Shown: piece after piece, positions 10,593 to 20,435 of the stretch
How the letters are laid out: every line of letters begins with the position of its first letter
How positions within the stretch are numbered: the stretch's first letter is position 1
Source of the DNA: Candidatus Krumholzibacteriia bacterium
GTDB lineage: Bacteria > Krumholzibacteriota > Krumholzibacteriia > WVZY01 > JAKEHA01
DNA: 64,000 nt
Assembly: GCA_036273975.1 (NCBI GenBank)
Contig: DASUGO010000106.1
Location: forward strand, 4,943 to 68,942
Direction of reading: 5' to 3'
The notes under the pieces: generated by a model
The model's database searches: none
What the model saw: only the letters and a program-made list of their open reading frames with translations
Told to the model about the DNA's origin: nothing
Translations under genes and position numbers: made by a program

Positions 10593-11605
10593 TACGTCGT
10601 CTCTTCCTCCCGCCGGTCACGCGCGTCGAACGCGTTGATGATCCGCTGCACGAGGCGATGGCGCACGACGTCGTCCTGCGTCAGTTGCACGAACGCGATG
10701 CCCTCGACATCCTTGAGTATCCGCTGCGCGGCGAGAAGCCCCGAGCGCGAGGGCGGATCGAGGTCGATCTGGGTGATGTCACCGTTCACGATGGCCTTGG
10801 CGTTGCGGCCCAGGCGGGTGAGGAACATCTTCATCTGCATTTCGGTGGTGTTCTGGGCCTCGTCGAGAATCACGAAGGCGTCATTCAGCGTGCGGCCGCG
10901 CATGTAGGCGAGCGGCGCGATTTCGATGGTTCCATTCTCCATCAGCTTGCCGGTTCGATCGTGGCCCATCATCTCCCCGAGCGCGTCGACCACCGGGCGC
11001 ACGTAGGGATCCAGTTTGGCCTGGAAGTCGCCCGGGAGAAACCCGAGGCTCTCGCCCGCCTCCACCACCGGGCGCACCAGGAAGACACGCTCGATGGCTC
11101 CCACGCGGAGCGCGGCCACCGCCGCCGCCACCGCGAGGTAGGTCTTGCCGGTGCCGGCCGGGCCGATCCCGAACACGATGTCGTGCGAACGGATGGCGTC
11201 GACGTAACGCTTCTGCCCGGGTGTGCGCGGCGTGATCGACGCGCCGCGGCGCGTGGAAACCACGACGTCCCGATCGAGACCGCTGTACTCGGCGGCCGGC
11301 GCGGGATCGCCGCCGTTGCCCCTGGCAAGGACGTACGCGAAGTCCTGCTCGCTGAGCGCGCGGCCCGCGCGCGCGATGTCGATTATTTCACGGAAGAATT
11401 CGGTGAGGCGATCGATCTGCTCGCCCGTGCCGTTGAGAATAATCTCGTCGCCACGCACCACGACCGCGCCGGGAAACTGGCGGTCGATGACGGCGAGGTG
11501 CCCGTCACGGGCGCCGAATAACTTGAGGGGGTCGACGCCGCTGAACGACAGCACCCTCCGCTTGGTCTTCAACCTGAACACACCTCCGGTAGCACGACGA
11601 TACAC
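10592..11605 (-). CDS. phoH: PhoH-like ATPase
   Basis: A Walker A motif (GPAGTGKTYLAVAAA) and PhoH-family motifs (DEAQNTTEMQMKMFLTRLG). It is the conserved neighbour of ybeY. Confidence 0.85.
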   Translation of the reverse strand: MYRRATGGVFRLKTKRRVLSFSGVDPLKLFGARDGHLAVIDRQFPGAVVVRGDEIILNGTGEQIDRLTEFFREIIDIARAGRALSEQDFAYVLARGNGGDPAPAAEYSGLDRDVVVSTRRGASITPRTPGQKRYVDAIRSHDIVFGIGPAGTGKTYLAVAAAVAALRVGAIERVFLVRPVVEAGESLGFLPGDFQAKLDPYVRPVVDALGEMMGHDRTGKLMENGTIEIAPLAYMRGRTLNDAFVILDEAQNTTEMQMKMFLTRLGRNAKAIVNGDITQIDLDPPSRSGLLAAQRILKDVEGIAFVQLTQDDVVRHRLVQRIINAFDARDRREEETT

Positions 11606-11669
11606 CGCGGGTGGCCCGCGGAAAAGGACGACTGAGAATATAGGCCAGGCGGGAGGCCGGAGCCAAGCA

Positions 11670-12356
11670 CTAGCGGGGGATCACGATAATCGTGTCCGGC
11701 TCCAAGTTGTTGGGATCACGCACCTTGTCCTTGTTGGCCTCGAACAGGCGCACCCACTGGGTGGGATCCCCGTAGATTTCCCAGTAACCCGCAATGATTT
11801 CAAGGGTTTCGTACGGTGCCACCCGGTGCTGGGTGGGCAGATCGCGCGGGATGGCGAGGGTCGTGTCGGGGTAGATCCAGACCGGATCTTCGATCTTGTC
11901 GAGATTGGCGCGGTAGATCCGCGGCCATTTGGTCCAGTCGGCGTAGATCTCGTCCTTCTCGGCGATGATCGAGAGACAGTCGCCGGCGACCACCTTGTAG
12001 TCGCGCGGCAGCGCCTCCAACTGGGCAATCTGGGCGGAGAGGGTACGGATATCGGACTCCACGCGGAGAATCTCCTTCTCCACCGGCGTGATCTGGTTGC
12101 GCAGCGATTCGATGCGCTTCTTGGTGTCCGCGAGTTCCTGCTGTTTGGAGTCGAGCGAAGCCTGCAGGTTGTTGCGCTCGCTCTCGAGGTTGTCGCAGTA
12201 CGCCTGCTGGTCGTTCTTGGGCAGCTCGGCGAACTCGTCTTCACCGTAGTACTCGCCCTCGTGAATATTCACGGTACGGCCGGTGGTCCGGCTGCACCCC
12301 AGCGAACCCAGCGCGACCATCACCCCGACACAGACCAACAGAATTGCGCGCGACAC
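11670..12356 (-). CDS. Lipoprotein with a coiled-coil region and two LysM-like domains
   Basis: A signal peptide ending in the lipobox LGSLGC, then a heptad-rich segment, then two LysM-like repeats (YKVVAGDCLSIIAE...; HRVAPYETLEIIAGYW...). Confidence 0.6.
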   Translation of the reverse strand: MSRAILLVCVGVMVALGSLGCSRTTGRTVNIHEGEYYGEDEFAELPKNDQQAYCDNLESERNNLQASLDSKQQELADTKKRIESLRNQITPVEKEILRVESDIRTLSAQIAQLEALPRDYKVVAGDCLSIIAEKDEIYADWTKWPRIYRANLDKIEDPVWIYPDTTLAIPRDLPTQHRVAPYETLEIIAGYWEIYGDPTQWVRLFEANKDKVRDPNNLEPDTIIVIPR

Positions 12357-12357
12357 G

Positions 12358-12711
12358 CTACGACGACTCCTTGGATGACTTGGCGCCGCCCTGGCTGGCG
12401 GGTGTTTTGGCGTCGGCCGGTTTCTTCTCGATCCTGCCGCTGCCGGCCTTCAACACCGCGAGGCGACGACGGAGTTCGGCGGGCTTGTCCTTCTTGGAAT
12501 CCAGGTCGGCCTGTTTCGCGGCCAGATCGTCCGAGAGCTGCTGCGCGCGTTCATTGACGCCCGCGAGGTCCTTGTCGATGATCGAGATGTCCTCACGGAG
12601 TTCTTCGATCTCGATGGGAGACACGTTGCACGTCTCCAGCTTGGAACACCCCGCGGACACCGCGACGACACATGCGACTCCTGCGAGCCATGCGCGAAAA
12701 GGCACTCGCAC
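12358..12711 (-). CDS. Small coiled-coil lipoprotein
   Basis: A signal peptide with the lipobox VSAGCS followed by a charged coiled-coil. It abuts the LysM lipoprotein gene. Confidence 0.45.
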   Translation of the reverse strand: MRVPFRAWLAGVACVVAVSAGCSKLETCNVSPIEIEELREDISIIDKDLAGVNERAQQLSDDLAAKQADLDSKKDKPAELRRRLAVLKAGSGRIEKKPADAKTPASQGGAKSSKESS

Positions 12712-12852
12712 GACCGGACTCCTTTCAAAATGTGGGGGTTAGAGGAAAATTACCCCGGTACCCTAGCAATCCCCCCGCACGACTGTCAAGGGGCGATCTC
12801 CCAACAAGGAGTCGGACGGCCCGGCCCGGTTCCCGCCCCCGCGCGCGGTCCA

Positions 12853-14652
12853 CTAGCGGCCGTCCTCCGGCTCGGGGATGACCTCGATATGGAGATCGCG
12901 CAACTGCCCGGGATCCACCGGCGATGGCGCGTCATCCATCAGCGACGTTGCCTTCTGTGTCTTGGGGAACGCAATCACGTCGCGAATCGACGGCGCGCCC
13001 ACCATGGTCATGATGAGACGGTCCACGCCGGGCGCGATACCGCCGTGCGGTGGCGCACCGAACTCGAGCGCGTCGAGCAGGAACCCGAAGCGGCGGGCCG
13101 CGTCCTCCTTCGTGATCCCGGTCACGGCCATCACGCGTTCCTGCAGCTCGCGGTTGTGGATGCGGATGCTGCCCGAGGCCAGTTCCATCCCGTTGCACAC
13201 CAGGTCGTAGAGATGCGCGCGCACGCGCAACGGATCGGACTCGAGGTGCTGGATGTCTTCCTCGAACGGCATCGAGAAGAGATGGTGGCACGGCGTGTAG
13301 CCACCGCGTTCCTCGTCGCGCTCAAACAGCGGAAACTCGTTCACCCACAGGAACTCAAAGTCGCCGCCGCGGTCGAGACCGAGGCGGCGGCCGGCTTCGA
13401 TCCGCAGCTTGCCCAGAATGACGTTGATGCCGGGTGCATTCCCGACCAGCGCAAGCAACAACGCGCCGTCTTCCATGCCGCACCCGTCGATGATCCGCGT
13501 CTCGATGGCCTCGCCGAGGAACTTGGCCGCGACGCCCGCGAGCCGCGAACCGTTGCGGCGCAGACTGAGCAGTCCGCCCGCGCCGGCCGCCTTCGCGATG
13601 GCTTCCAGTTCGTCGACGTCGCGCTTGACCAGGCGGGCGCCGTCCGGCACCACGAAGCCCCGCACTTCCCCGCCGCCGTCGAGAGCCTGCCGGATCACGC
13701 GAAATTCGGTGCCCGCGAACATCTCGCCGAGCGCGCGGATCTCCATGCCCAGGCGCAGGTCCGGCTTGTCGATTCCGTAGGTGGCGATCGCCTCGCGGTA
13801 CGGGATGATCCGGAACGGCGTCTTCAATTCCACGCCCGTGCCCGTGCGGAAGATGTCTTTCATCAGGTCTTCCACCAGCGCGAACACGTCGCGCTCCTCG
13901 ACGAAGCTCATCTCGATGTCGATCTGCGTGTGTTCGGGCTGACGGTCGGCGCGCAAATCCTCGTCGCGCATGCAGCGGGCGATCTGAAAGTAGCGGTCGA
14001 AACCGGCGACCATCAGGATCTGCTTGTAGAGCTGCGGGCTCTGCGGCAGCGCGTAGAAGCTCCCCGGGTGCAGGCGGCTCGGCACCAGGTAGTCGCGCGC
14101 GCCCTCGGGTGTCGCGCGCACCAGCATCGGCGTCTCGATCTCGTAGAAGTCGCGCGCGCTCATGAAATTGCGGATGGCCAATAACACCCGGTGACGGGTG
14201 CGAATGTTGTCCTGCATCGGCTGCCGGCGCAGGTCGAGGTAGCGGTATTTCAACCGCAGCTCTTCGCTGGCCTTCACGTCGTCGGCGATGTTGAACGGGA
14301 TCACCTCGGAGCGATTGAGCACCACCAGACGCGTCACCGCGACTTCGATAGCGCCGGCGGGCGAGTCGCCGCGCACCATGTCGGCCGGCCGCGCGCGCAC
14401 CTCGCCCTCCACCGCGATGACGTCCTCCATGCGCAAACTCGCCGCGAGTTCTCCCAGCTCCGCCTGCGCGGCATCGACCACCAGCTGCACGCGCCCGTAG
14501 CGATCGCGCAGCTCGACGAACCGCACACCGCCGAGGTCGCGCAGGCGTGCCACCCACCCCATCAACCGTACCGTCTGCCCCGCGAGCGCGGGGTTGAGAT
14601 CGCAGCACCGGTGCGACCGCGCGAATGGCAACCAGTAACCCGTCGTGCTCAC
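12853..14652 (-). CDS. aspS: Aspartate--tRNA ligase
   Basis: An N-terminal anticodon-binding OB domain ([31 protein letters not shown]), class II motifs ([20 protein letters not shown]; [12 protein letters not shown]) and a GAD insert. The likely start is GTG at 14652, overlapping the hisS stop as GTGA. The annotated ORF is an upstream over-extension. Confidence 0.9.
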   Translation of the reverse strand: MSTTGYWLPFARSHRCCDLNPALAGQTVRLMGWVARLRDLGGVRFVELRDRYGRVQLVVDAAQAELGELAASLRMEDVIAVEGEVRARPADMVRGDSPAGAIEVAVTRLVVLNRSEVIPFNIADDVKASEELRLKYRYLDLRRQPMQDNIRTRHRVLLAIRNFMSARDFYEIETPMLVRATPEGARDYLVPSRLHPGSFYALPQSPQLYKQILMVAGFDRYFQIARCMRDEDLRADRQPEHTQIDIEMSFVEERDVFALVEDLMKDIFRTGTGVELKTPFRIIPYREAIATYGIDKPDLRLGMEIRALGEMFAGTEFRVIRQALDGGGEVRGFVVPDGARLVKRDVDELEAIAKAAGAGGLLSLRRNGSRLAGVAAKFLGEAIETRIIDGCGMEDGALLLALVGNAPGINVILGKLRIEAGRRLGLDRGGDFEFLWVNEFPLFERDEERGGYTPCHHLFSMPFEEDIQHLESDPLRVRAHLYDLVCNGMELASGSIRIHNRELQERVMAVTGITKEDAARRFGFLLDALEFGAPPHGGIAPGVDRLIMTMVGAPSIRDVIAFPKTQKATSLMDDAPSPVDPGQLRDLHIEVIPEPEDGR

Positions 14653-15917
14653 CGCTGTTCTCCTTCGCTTTCCAGCGCACGGCGCGCATACGCGCCGAGT
14701 TCGATCTCCGGAACGGCCTGCTCGGTCTTCCGGTTCAAGTCGTGCCACTCCGCGACACCGGGGCGGTCCGCGTCCACCACCACGGCGACGCGTGCGCCAC
14801 TCTTGAGCGCCGCTTCCAGTTGCTTCTTGCGCGAACGCCCGGACAGGTCCGCCATCGCGCCGCCCGCGGGGCGCAGTGCTTGCGCGGCCGCGAGCCCGCG
14901 CGCCTCGGATCCGTCGCCCGCGCATACGACGTAGTGCCGCACGCCGACCTCGGTTCGCGGCGCGTCCGGTCCGGACGGCAAGGCATCCACGATACGCTCC
15001 AGGCCGGCGCTGAATCCAATCGCGGGGGTCGCGGGTCCGCCGCATTCGTGCACCAGATCGTCGTAGCGGCCGCCGCCGCACAGCGCGCTCTGCGCGCCGT
15101 GCTCGCCGTGATAGATCTCAAACACCGTCTTCGTATAATAGTCGAGGCCGCGCACGAGGAACGGGTCCTGGTGGAACGGAACCGACACCGCGGCCAGGGC
15201 GTCGCGCACGCGCGCAAAGTGATCGGCGTCCTCGTCGACGAGGTAGTCGGAAATCACCGGCAGCCTGCGCTTGAGCGCCTCACCGTATTCCTTGGAATCG
15301 AAGATCCGCAGCGGGTTCTGCTGGTATCGCGCCATCGCGGCCGGATCGATCTCCGAAGCGAGCCCCTGCAGCGCGTCCAGCAGCACCGTCCGGTAGCGCT
15401 GGCGCGACGCTTCCGCGCCGACCGAGTTGAGGCGCACGTCGAGGTTGGCAAACCCGAGTTCGGCGAGCACCTCGACCACCAGCTGGATGATCTCCGCGTC
15501 CAGCGCCGGGCTCGCGCTGCCGATGGCCTCGGCGCCGACCTGATGAAACTGCCGGTAGCGTCCCGCCTGCGGCCGGTCGTAACGGAACATCGGCCCCACG
15601 TACCACAGGCGTTGCACACCACCCCAGCGGTGCATGCCGTTTTCGAGGTACGCGCGGATGACCGACGCGGTGTTTTCCGGGCGCAGCGTGAGGCTGCGGC
15701 CGCCGCGGTCCTGGAACGTGTACATCTCCTTGGTGACGATATCCGACTGCTCGCCCACCGCGCGCACGAACAGGTCAGTGGACTCGAAGACGGGCGTCCG
15801 GATTCCGCGGTATCCGAACCCGTCGAATGCGCGTTCGAACGCCGATTCGACCCGCCGCCACGCGTCGATCTCTTTGGGCGTAACGTCGTGGGTGCCCCGG
15901 GGCCGCGTGTATTTCAT
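14649..15917 (-). CDS. hisS: Histidine--tRNA ligase
   Basis: It starts at ATG 15917 ([12 protein letters not shown]...). Class II HisRS motifs are present ([22 protein letters not shown]; GGGRYDDLV). The ORF track entry is over-extended to an upstream GTG. Confidence 0.9.
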   Translation of the reverse strand: MKYTRPRGTHDVTPKEIDAWRRVESAFERAFDGFGYRGIRTPVFESTDLFVRAVGEQSDIVTKEMYTFQDRGGRSLTLRPENTASVIRAYLENGMHRWGGVQRLWYVGPMFRYDRPQAGRYRQFHQVGAEAIGSASPALDAEIIQLVVEVLAELGFANLDVRLNSVGAEASRQRYRTVLLDALQGLASEIDPAAMARYQQNPLRIFDSKEYGEALKRRLPVISDYLVDEDADHFARVRDALAAVSVPFHQDPFLVRGLDYYTKTVFEIYHGEHGAQSALCGGGRYDDLVHECGGPATPAIGFSAGLERIVDALPSGPDAPRTEVGVRHYVVCAGDGSEARGLAAAQALRPAGGAMADLSGRSRKKQLEAALKSGARVAVVVDADRPGVAEWHDLNRKTEQAVPEIELGAYARRALESEGEQR

Positions 15918-16327
15918 GCCTGCGTTTCCTTGCCGCCGCGGCGCGGTCGCACCCGCCACAGCGTCAGCGCCGCGCCGATCGTGACACCGGTCACGTCGGC
16001 CAGCCAGTCCAGGATGTCCTTCTGGCGTCCGGGTACCGTCCCCTGAAAGAACTCGTCGACACCGGCGATGGTCGCGCACACCGCGATCACGAAGAACACC
16101 GTCACTACGCGCGAGCGGCTGAGTGTATTGCCCAGCGCGCGCACCACCAGCAGTCCCAGAATCCCGTACTCGGTGGCATGAATGAGTTTGTCCTTCATGT
16201 CGAAGTCGGGGCCCGGCGCGTTCAGGTAGGGACGCGACGACATGAAGAAGATCAACCCCACGTACGCGACGGTCAGCACGATCCACAGCGCGTTGCCGCG
16301 CGCCGTCCTGTTCCGGGTCCGGCCCAT
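15914..16327 (-). CDS. VanZ-family membrane protein
   Basis: A small 4-TM protein with a VanZ-like profile (ATEYGILGLL...IAGVDEFFQGTVPGRQKDILDWLADVTG). Its stop overlaps the hisS start as ATGA. Confidence 0.6.
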   Translation of the reverse strand: MGRTRNRTARGNALWIVLTVAYVGLIFFMSSRPYLNAPGPDFDMKDKLIHATEYGILGLLVVRALGNTLSRSRVVTVFFVIAVCATIAGVDEFFQGTVPGRQKDILDWLADVTGVTIGAALTLWRVRPRRGGKETQA

Positions 16328-16330
16328 GCG

Positions 16331-16789
16331 CTACCGGTCACCAAACCGGCGAAACACGTTCAGCACGCCGGGCGTGTCCGCGGCGCGGCGCAGTTCGTCA
16401 CGAAAGTCGGCGTTGCCGAGCAGCCGCGAAATCTTGGCGAGGATCCGGATATGTTCCCGCCGGCTCTGCGGCGGCCCCAGGATTACGAAGATCAGATCCA
16501 CGTCGAGGCTGTCGAGCGCGCCGAAGTCGATGGGCGGGCCGATGCGGTAGAAGCCCGCCACGAGCCGCTCGACGCCCGCCGTGTACGCGTGTGGAATGGC
16601 GACGCCGTGCCCGACGCCGGTCGACATGACGTCTTCCCGCGTCAGCACGTCCGCGGCGGCCGTCGGTGCGTCGGCGATGAACCCCTTCGCGTCGAGGTCG
16701 GCGACGATGGCGCGCAGCACCGGCTCCTTGCCCGTTCCGGGCATGTCGGTGACAACGGTCTCGGGCAGGAACAGCTCGGTTAGTCGCAT
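16331..16789 (-). CDS. PTS EIIA type-2 domain protein (PtsN/EIIA-Ntr-like)
   Basis: The EIIA-2 motif around the phospho-His (GVGHGVAIPHAYTAGVER) is present. The likely start is MRLTELF at 16789. Confidence 0.65.
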   Translation of the reverse strand: MRLTELFLPETVVTDMPGTGKEPVLRAIVADLDAKGFIADAPTAAADVLTREDVMSTGVGHGVAIPHAYTAGVERLVAGFYRIGPPIDFGALDSLDVDLIFVILGPPQSRREHIRILAKISRLLGNADFRDELRRAADTPGVLNVFRRFGDR

Positions 16790-16884
16790 GATTGGAACGG
16801 GTCGCCGGTCATTTCCGGACGGGAATAGAACGTACAACGATAGGTGCGGGCGCGCCGGGTGTCAAGCGCGGACGCCCACACCGC

Positions 16885-17826
16885 TCACGGCGACTCCGCG
16901 GGAACCACGCGCACCGAAAAGGTGTCCGCGCTGATTGCCGTCAGCCGGATCCCGGGGGGCAGAATGACCTCGGCCACGAGGCGGTGAAACGCCGGTGCCG
17001 GTCCGGTCACGGTGAGGAGCACCGAGACATCCCCCGACGACAGCGTATCCAGCACCGCCGACGGCCCTTCGAGGGTCAGCGATACGGTGGCCGGGTCCAC
17101 GGCCGCCTCGACATCGTCGGAATCGAGCAACACGGTGGGCGGCACATTGGGCAGCACACGTTCACCGCGCGTGCTCACCCGGAAGGTAACCGCCACCCGG
17201 TCCGGGTCGCACACCAGCCCGCGCTCGTCACAGACGAGATCGACTTCACGCGAGCCGGTTTCGCGAATCCGGCTGAGGTCGATGGGCTGGGTCGACACGT
17301 GCTGGATACGATCCACCCGCGACGCCGGGCCGCGCAGTGTCACCCACGCGGGGTCGATCACGGCGCCGCCGTCCAGCAGCACCAGGTTCGGAGCCAGCGA
17401 ACCCGTGGTCGCGAGCGACACCTGCAGCCGGCGGCTCGCCAGCGGTTCGAGATCCACTTCCAGAACCGCCGGGGTCAGCACCTGAATTCGTCCCGGCTCG
17501 AGTCCACCGACACCCCGCACGTCGTTTCCCGTCAGCGGAATCCGCTGCCGGCCGGGTCCGAAACCGGACAGATCGGCCTCGACCACGAGGCGCTTGAAGC
17601 CAAGCGCAACCATCTGGCGGCGGGTCGCGGCGAGCCGCACATCCGCCGACACCGGCACCGACGACGCGAGTGCCAGCGTGTCCGCGACACCATTGACCAC
17701 CAGCGACGCGCTGCGCACGCGCACCACTTCCTCCTGGCCGCTCGCGTTGAACCAGACCAGAATCGCCACCATCAGGGCGAGAATCTTGGCTCCGAGATTG
17801 TGCGTGAGCATGCGCGCGAGGTTCAT
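16885..17826 (-). CDS. YbbR-domain protein (CdaR-like)
   Basis: An N-terminal TM helix followed by repeated YbbR-like β-rich modules. The size and layout match CdaR-type proteins. Confidence 0.6.
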   Translation of the reverse strand: MNLARMLTHNLGAKILALMVAILVWFNASGQEEVVRVRSASLVVNGVADTLALASSVPVSADVRLAATRRQMVALGFKRLVVEADLSGFGPGRQRIPLTGNDVRGVGGLEPGRIQVLTPAVLEVDLEPLASRRLQVSLATTGSLAPNLVLLDGGAVIDPAWVTLRGPASRVDRIQHVSTQPIDLSRIRETGSREVDLVCDERGLVCDPDRVAVTFRVSTRGERVLPNVPPTVLLDSDDVEAAVDPATVSLTLEGPSAVLDTLSSGDVSVLLTVTGPAPAFHRLVAEVILPPGIRLTAISADTFSVRVVPAESP

Positions 17827-17852
17827 GACGTCCCATCGCCCCCGCCGGCGCG

Positions 17853-19226
17853 TCAGCGCCCGGGCTCGACGAGGATTTCCTGGCCCACGCGCAGGTCGTC
17901 CGAGCGGCGCATGCCGTTGAGCTGGCGCAGGCGGGCGACCGTGGTCTGATAGCGTTTCGAGAGGTCCCAGAGCGTATCACCGCGCTGGACGCGGTGCACG
18001 ACCGCGCGGCCGGACTGATCGTCCGCGCGCTGCGGCGGGTGGGCGCGGTGGAACGACTCGACGCCGTCGGCGATCGCGCGCGCAATCTTGTCGCGGCCCG
18101 CGGGATCGCGCAGAAGCTTCGCATCCGAGGCGTTGGTGAGAAAGCCACACTCGACGAGCACGGACGGCATCGAAATCGTGCGCAATACCGAAAACGACTT
18201 CTGCTTCACCGATCGAGTGGGCAACAGCCGGCGGTCGCGCACCGATTCGAGAATCGACTCCCCAAGTTGTTCGCTGCGAGCAAGAACCGACTGCTGGTTC
18301 ACGTCGAGCAGGATGTGGACGATGTCGTCGTTGCCGGCGTGGTCGAGTCCGAACTCGTGCGCGGCCTCACCGGACTTGAGCGCCTTGTTGGCGGCGCTTT
18401 CGGCACCCGCGGGCGCCACAAAGAAAATCTCGGCACCGCGCGCCGAGCTGCTGGGGGCCGAATTGAGATGGATGCTGACGAAGACATCGGCCTCTTTCTT
18501 CTCGGCCACCTCGTTGCGCGCCGGCAGCGTGAGATAGGTGTCGCCTTCGCGCGTCAGCACCGCGCGCACGTTGCCGTCGCCGCGGTTGAGAATCTCCGCG
18601 GTCCGGCGCGCGATGTCGAGGGTGAGTTTCTTTTCGACCAGGCCGTAGCGGCCACTCGCGCCGGCGTCGTGCCCGCCGTGTCCGGCGTCGATCGCCACCA
18701 CCAGCGGACGCGGGGCACCCCCGTCACGCCGCACCGGGTTGGATATCGCAGCGACGTCGCCCGTGTCCGCCACTTCGGCTGCGGCCGGGGCTGCCCCGGT
18801 GCCGGGCACCACGGGGATGAAATCCACGACGATACGGAACGGCTTCTGGCCCTGGGCGGGCAGGATGAAGTCATTCCAGCCCAGGCGTCCGGCGAGGTCA
18901 ACGACCACGTCGACACCGCCCGCACGATCGAACGCATTGATCGACCGGATCCCGTTCTGCTCCACCGGGCTCGCGCCGAGCGATGCGCTCCGCGCCGCGC
19001 CTTCGACGCGGATCAGTACCCCGGCCGAGTCGGGAAGATAGCTGACGGTGTAGTCACACGCGCGGGAGAGGTCGAGCACAAGACGGGTCTTTTCGGCCGA
19101 GGCCGAGTGCCGGACCGCTGTAACCAGTGGCCGGCCGGCGGCGAACGCGGTCAACGGGATGGCCACGGCCGCGGCCACCCAGAACGTTTTCCGGCAAAAG
19201 AACTTCAAGCGAAAGCGGTAACTCAT
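17853..19226 (-). CDS. N-acetylmuramoyl-L-alanine amidase (AMIN–Amidase_3–LysM; AmiC-like)
   Basis: A signal peptide, an AMIN-like N-terminal domain, an Amidase_3 core (VVAIDAGHGGHDAGASG...VFVSIHLNS) and a C-terminal LysM (VHRVQRGDTLWDLSKRYQTTVARLRQLN). Confidence 0.8.
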   Translation of the reverse strand: MSYRFRLKFFCRKTFWVAAAVAIPLTAFAAGRPLVTAVRHSASAEKTRLVLDLSRACDYTVSYLPDSAGVLIRVEGAARSASLGASPVEQNGIRSINAFDRAGGVDVVVDLAGRLGWNDFILPAQGQKPFRIVVDFIPVVPGTGAAPAAAEVADTGDVAAISNPVRRDGGAPRPLVVAIDAGHGGHDAGASGRYGLVEKKLTLDIARRTAEILNRGDGNVRAVLTREGDTYLTLPARNEVAEKKEADVFVSIHLNSAPSSSARGAEIFFVAPAGAESAANKALKSGEAAHEFGLDHAGNDDIVHILLDVNQQSVLARSEQLGESILESVRDRRLLPTRSVKQKSFSVLRTISMPSVLVECGFLTNASDAKLLRDPAGRDKIARAIADGVESFHRAHPPQRADDQSGRAVVHRVQRGDTLWDLSKRYQTTVARLRQLNGMRRSDDLRVGQEILVEPGR

Positions 19227-19307
19227 TCCACAAAATTGAGATAAGGAACGGGGGCGACCGCCCCAAGGTACGGGCGCGGGCCGCCCGCTGGCAAGAAGAA
19301 ATTCGGG

Positions 19308-20225
19308 TCAGTCCGCCAGGACAAAACGCATCGGGTCGATGCGCTCGCCGCCCTGCTCGATCTCGTAGTGGAGGTGGGAGAAGGTGGAACGGCCGGTGGA
19401 GCCGACACGGCCGATCACGTCGCCCCGGGTGACCCGCTGGCCCTTCTGGACCAGGCGGCGCTCGAGATGCGCGAAACGGGTGACGAAGCCCCCGCCGTGG
19501 GAGACCTCCACCACGTTGCCGTACGTCTGCCACACACCGGAGAAGGTCACCACCCCGTCCGCCGTGGCGTAAACGGGGGTCCCGAGGCGGGCCGAGAAGT
19601 CGACACCGCGATGCATCGTCCGGCGTCCCGTCATCGGGTCCATGCGCCACCCGAAGCGGCTGGAGATGAAACCCACGTCGACGGGCCGCAGCGACGGCGT
19701 CGTCCGGATCTTCTCGCTGGCGGATTCGAGTTCACCGAGGATCTGTTCGTAGTCGGCCTTCTGCAGGCGGGCCTGACGCAGCAGCTTGTCGATATCGCGG
19801 CGCGCCGAGAGCAGGCGCTCGCGCTCGCGCGGTCCCAGCGACGTCAACAGGTGCGTCGATCCGATCCCGGTGCCGCCGACACCGACCTGGGCGACATCAT
19901 CGTCGAGGTCATCCATGTTGGCAAGGATGCGCGCCTTCTTCTGAAAATCAAAATTCTGCGCAACCTGCCTGCGGAGCGTTTCGACCTCGGAGCCCAGCGT
20001 CTCGAGTTCGCCGCGCAGTTCGGTGTTCTGCGCCTCCAGCGACTCCACCATGTACGCGCCCTTGAGCCGGCTGGAATAGTGCAGCACGACCCACCCGGAA
20101 ACACCGAGCGCAACCATGACCGTGATCCCGAGCGCCATGAGGATGTTGCGCCGCACATGAAATGTGCGCGGCTCGTGGCTTCCCTCGGGAAGGTAGAGAA
20201 AAGTGAGAATCTTGTCGCGAATCAA
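19308..20225 (-). CDS. M23 family metallopeptidase (EnvC/NlpD-like murein hydrolase activator)
   Basis: An N-terminal TM, a coiled coil, and a C-terminal LytM/M23 domain (HRGVDFSARLGTPVYATADGVV...SHGGGFVTRFAHL...HLHYEI). Confidence 0.8.
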   Translation of the reverse strand: MIRDKILTFLYLPEGSHEPRTFHVRRNILMALGITVMVALGVSGWVVLHYSSRLKGAYMVESLEAQNTELRGELETLGSEVETLRRQVAQNFDFQKKARILANMDDLDDDVAQVGVGGTGIGSTHLLTSLGPRERERLLSARRDIDKLLRQARLQKADYEQILGELESASEKIRTTPSLRPVDVGFISSRFGWRMDPMTGRRTMHRGVDFSARLGTPVYATADGVVTFSGVWQTYGNVVEVSHGGGFVTRFAHLERRLVQKGQRVTRGDVIGRVGSTGRSTFSHLHYEIEQGGERIDPMRFVLAD

Positions 20226-20376
20226 CGTCTGCGATCTTCCTTCGGAATGCAGCCGGCGGAATACACCCGGGCGGGCGCGGCCCCGGGCAGGTGCGGATGG
20301 AGGCTACGCACGCCCCGCACCCCCGTCAAGACCATTCCAGCGCCTGGCGCAAGGTTCGTACCAACGACCGGGGCGG

Positions 20377-20409
20377 AAAAAAAGACCGGGTCCCCGAAGG
20401 GACCCGGTC
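20377..20409 (-). terminator. Rho-independent terminator of the htrA–sigma operon
   Basis: On the minus strand the RNA reads GACCGGGUCCC-UUCG-GGGACCCGGUC followed by UCUUUUUUU. That is an 11-bp perfect stem, a tetraloop and a U-tract, 27 nt after the sigma gene stop. Confidence 0.7.
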
Positions 20410-20435
20410 GAACGCACACTGCACGACGATCCCGG

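Noticed and set aside
8211-10907. 898-aa plus-strand ORF
   Set aside because: It is antisense to the pgpH-like and phoH genes. There are no motifs, and its composition mirrors GC3-rich codons of the real genes.
12730-14184. 484-aa plus-strand ORF, plus 13355..14689 minus ORF
   Set aside because: These are alternative frames of the aspS locus. Only the 12853..14652 minus frame carries class II aaRS motifs.
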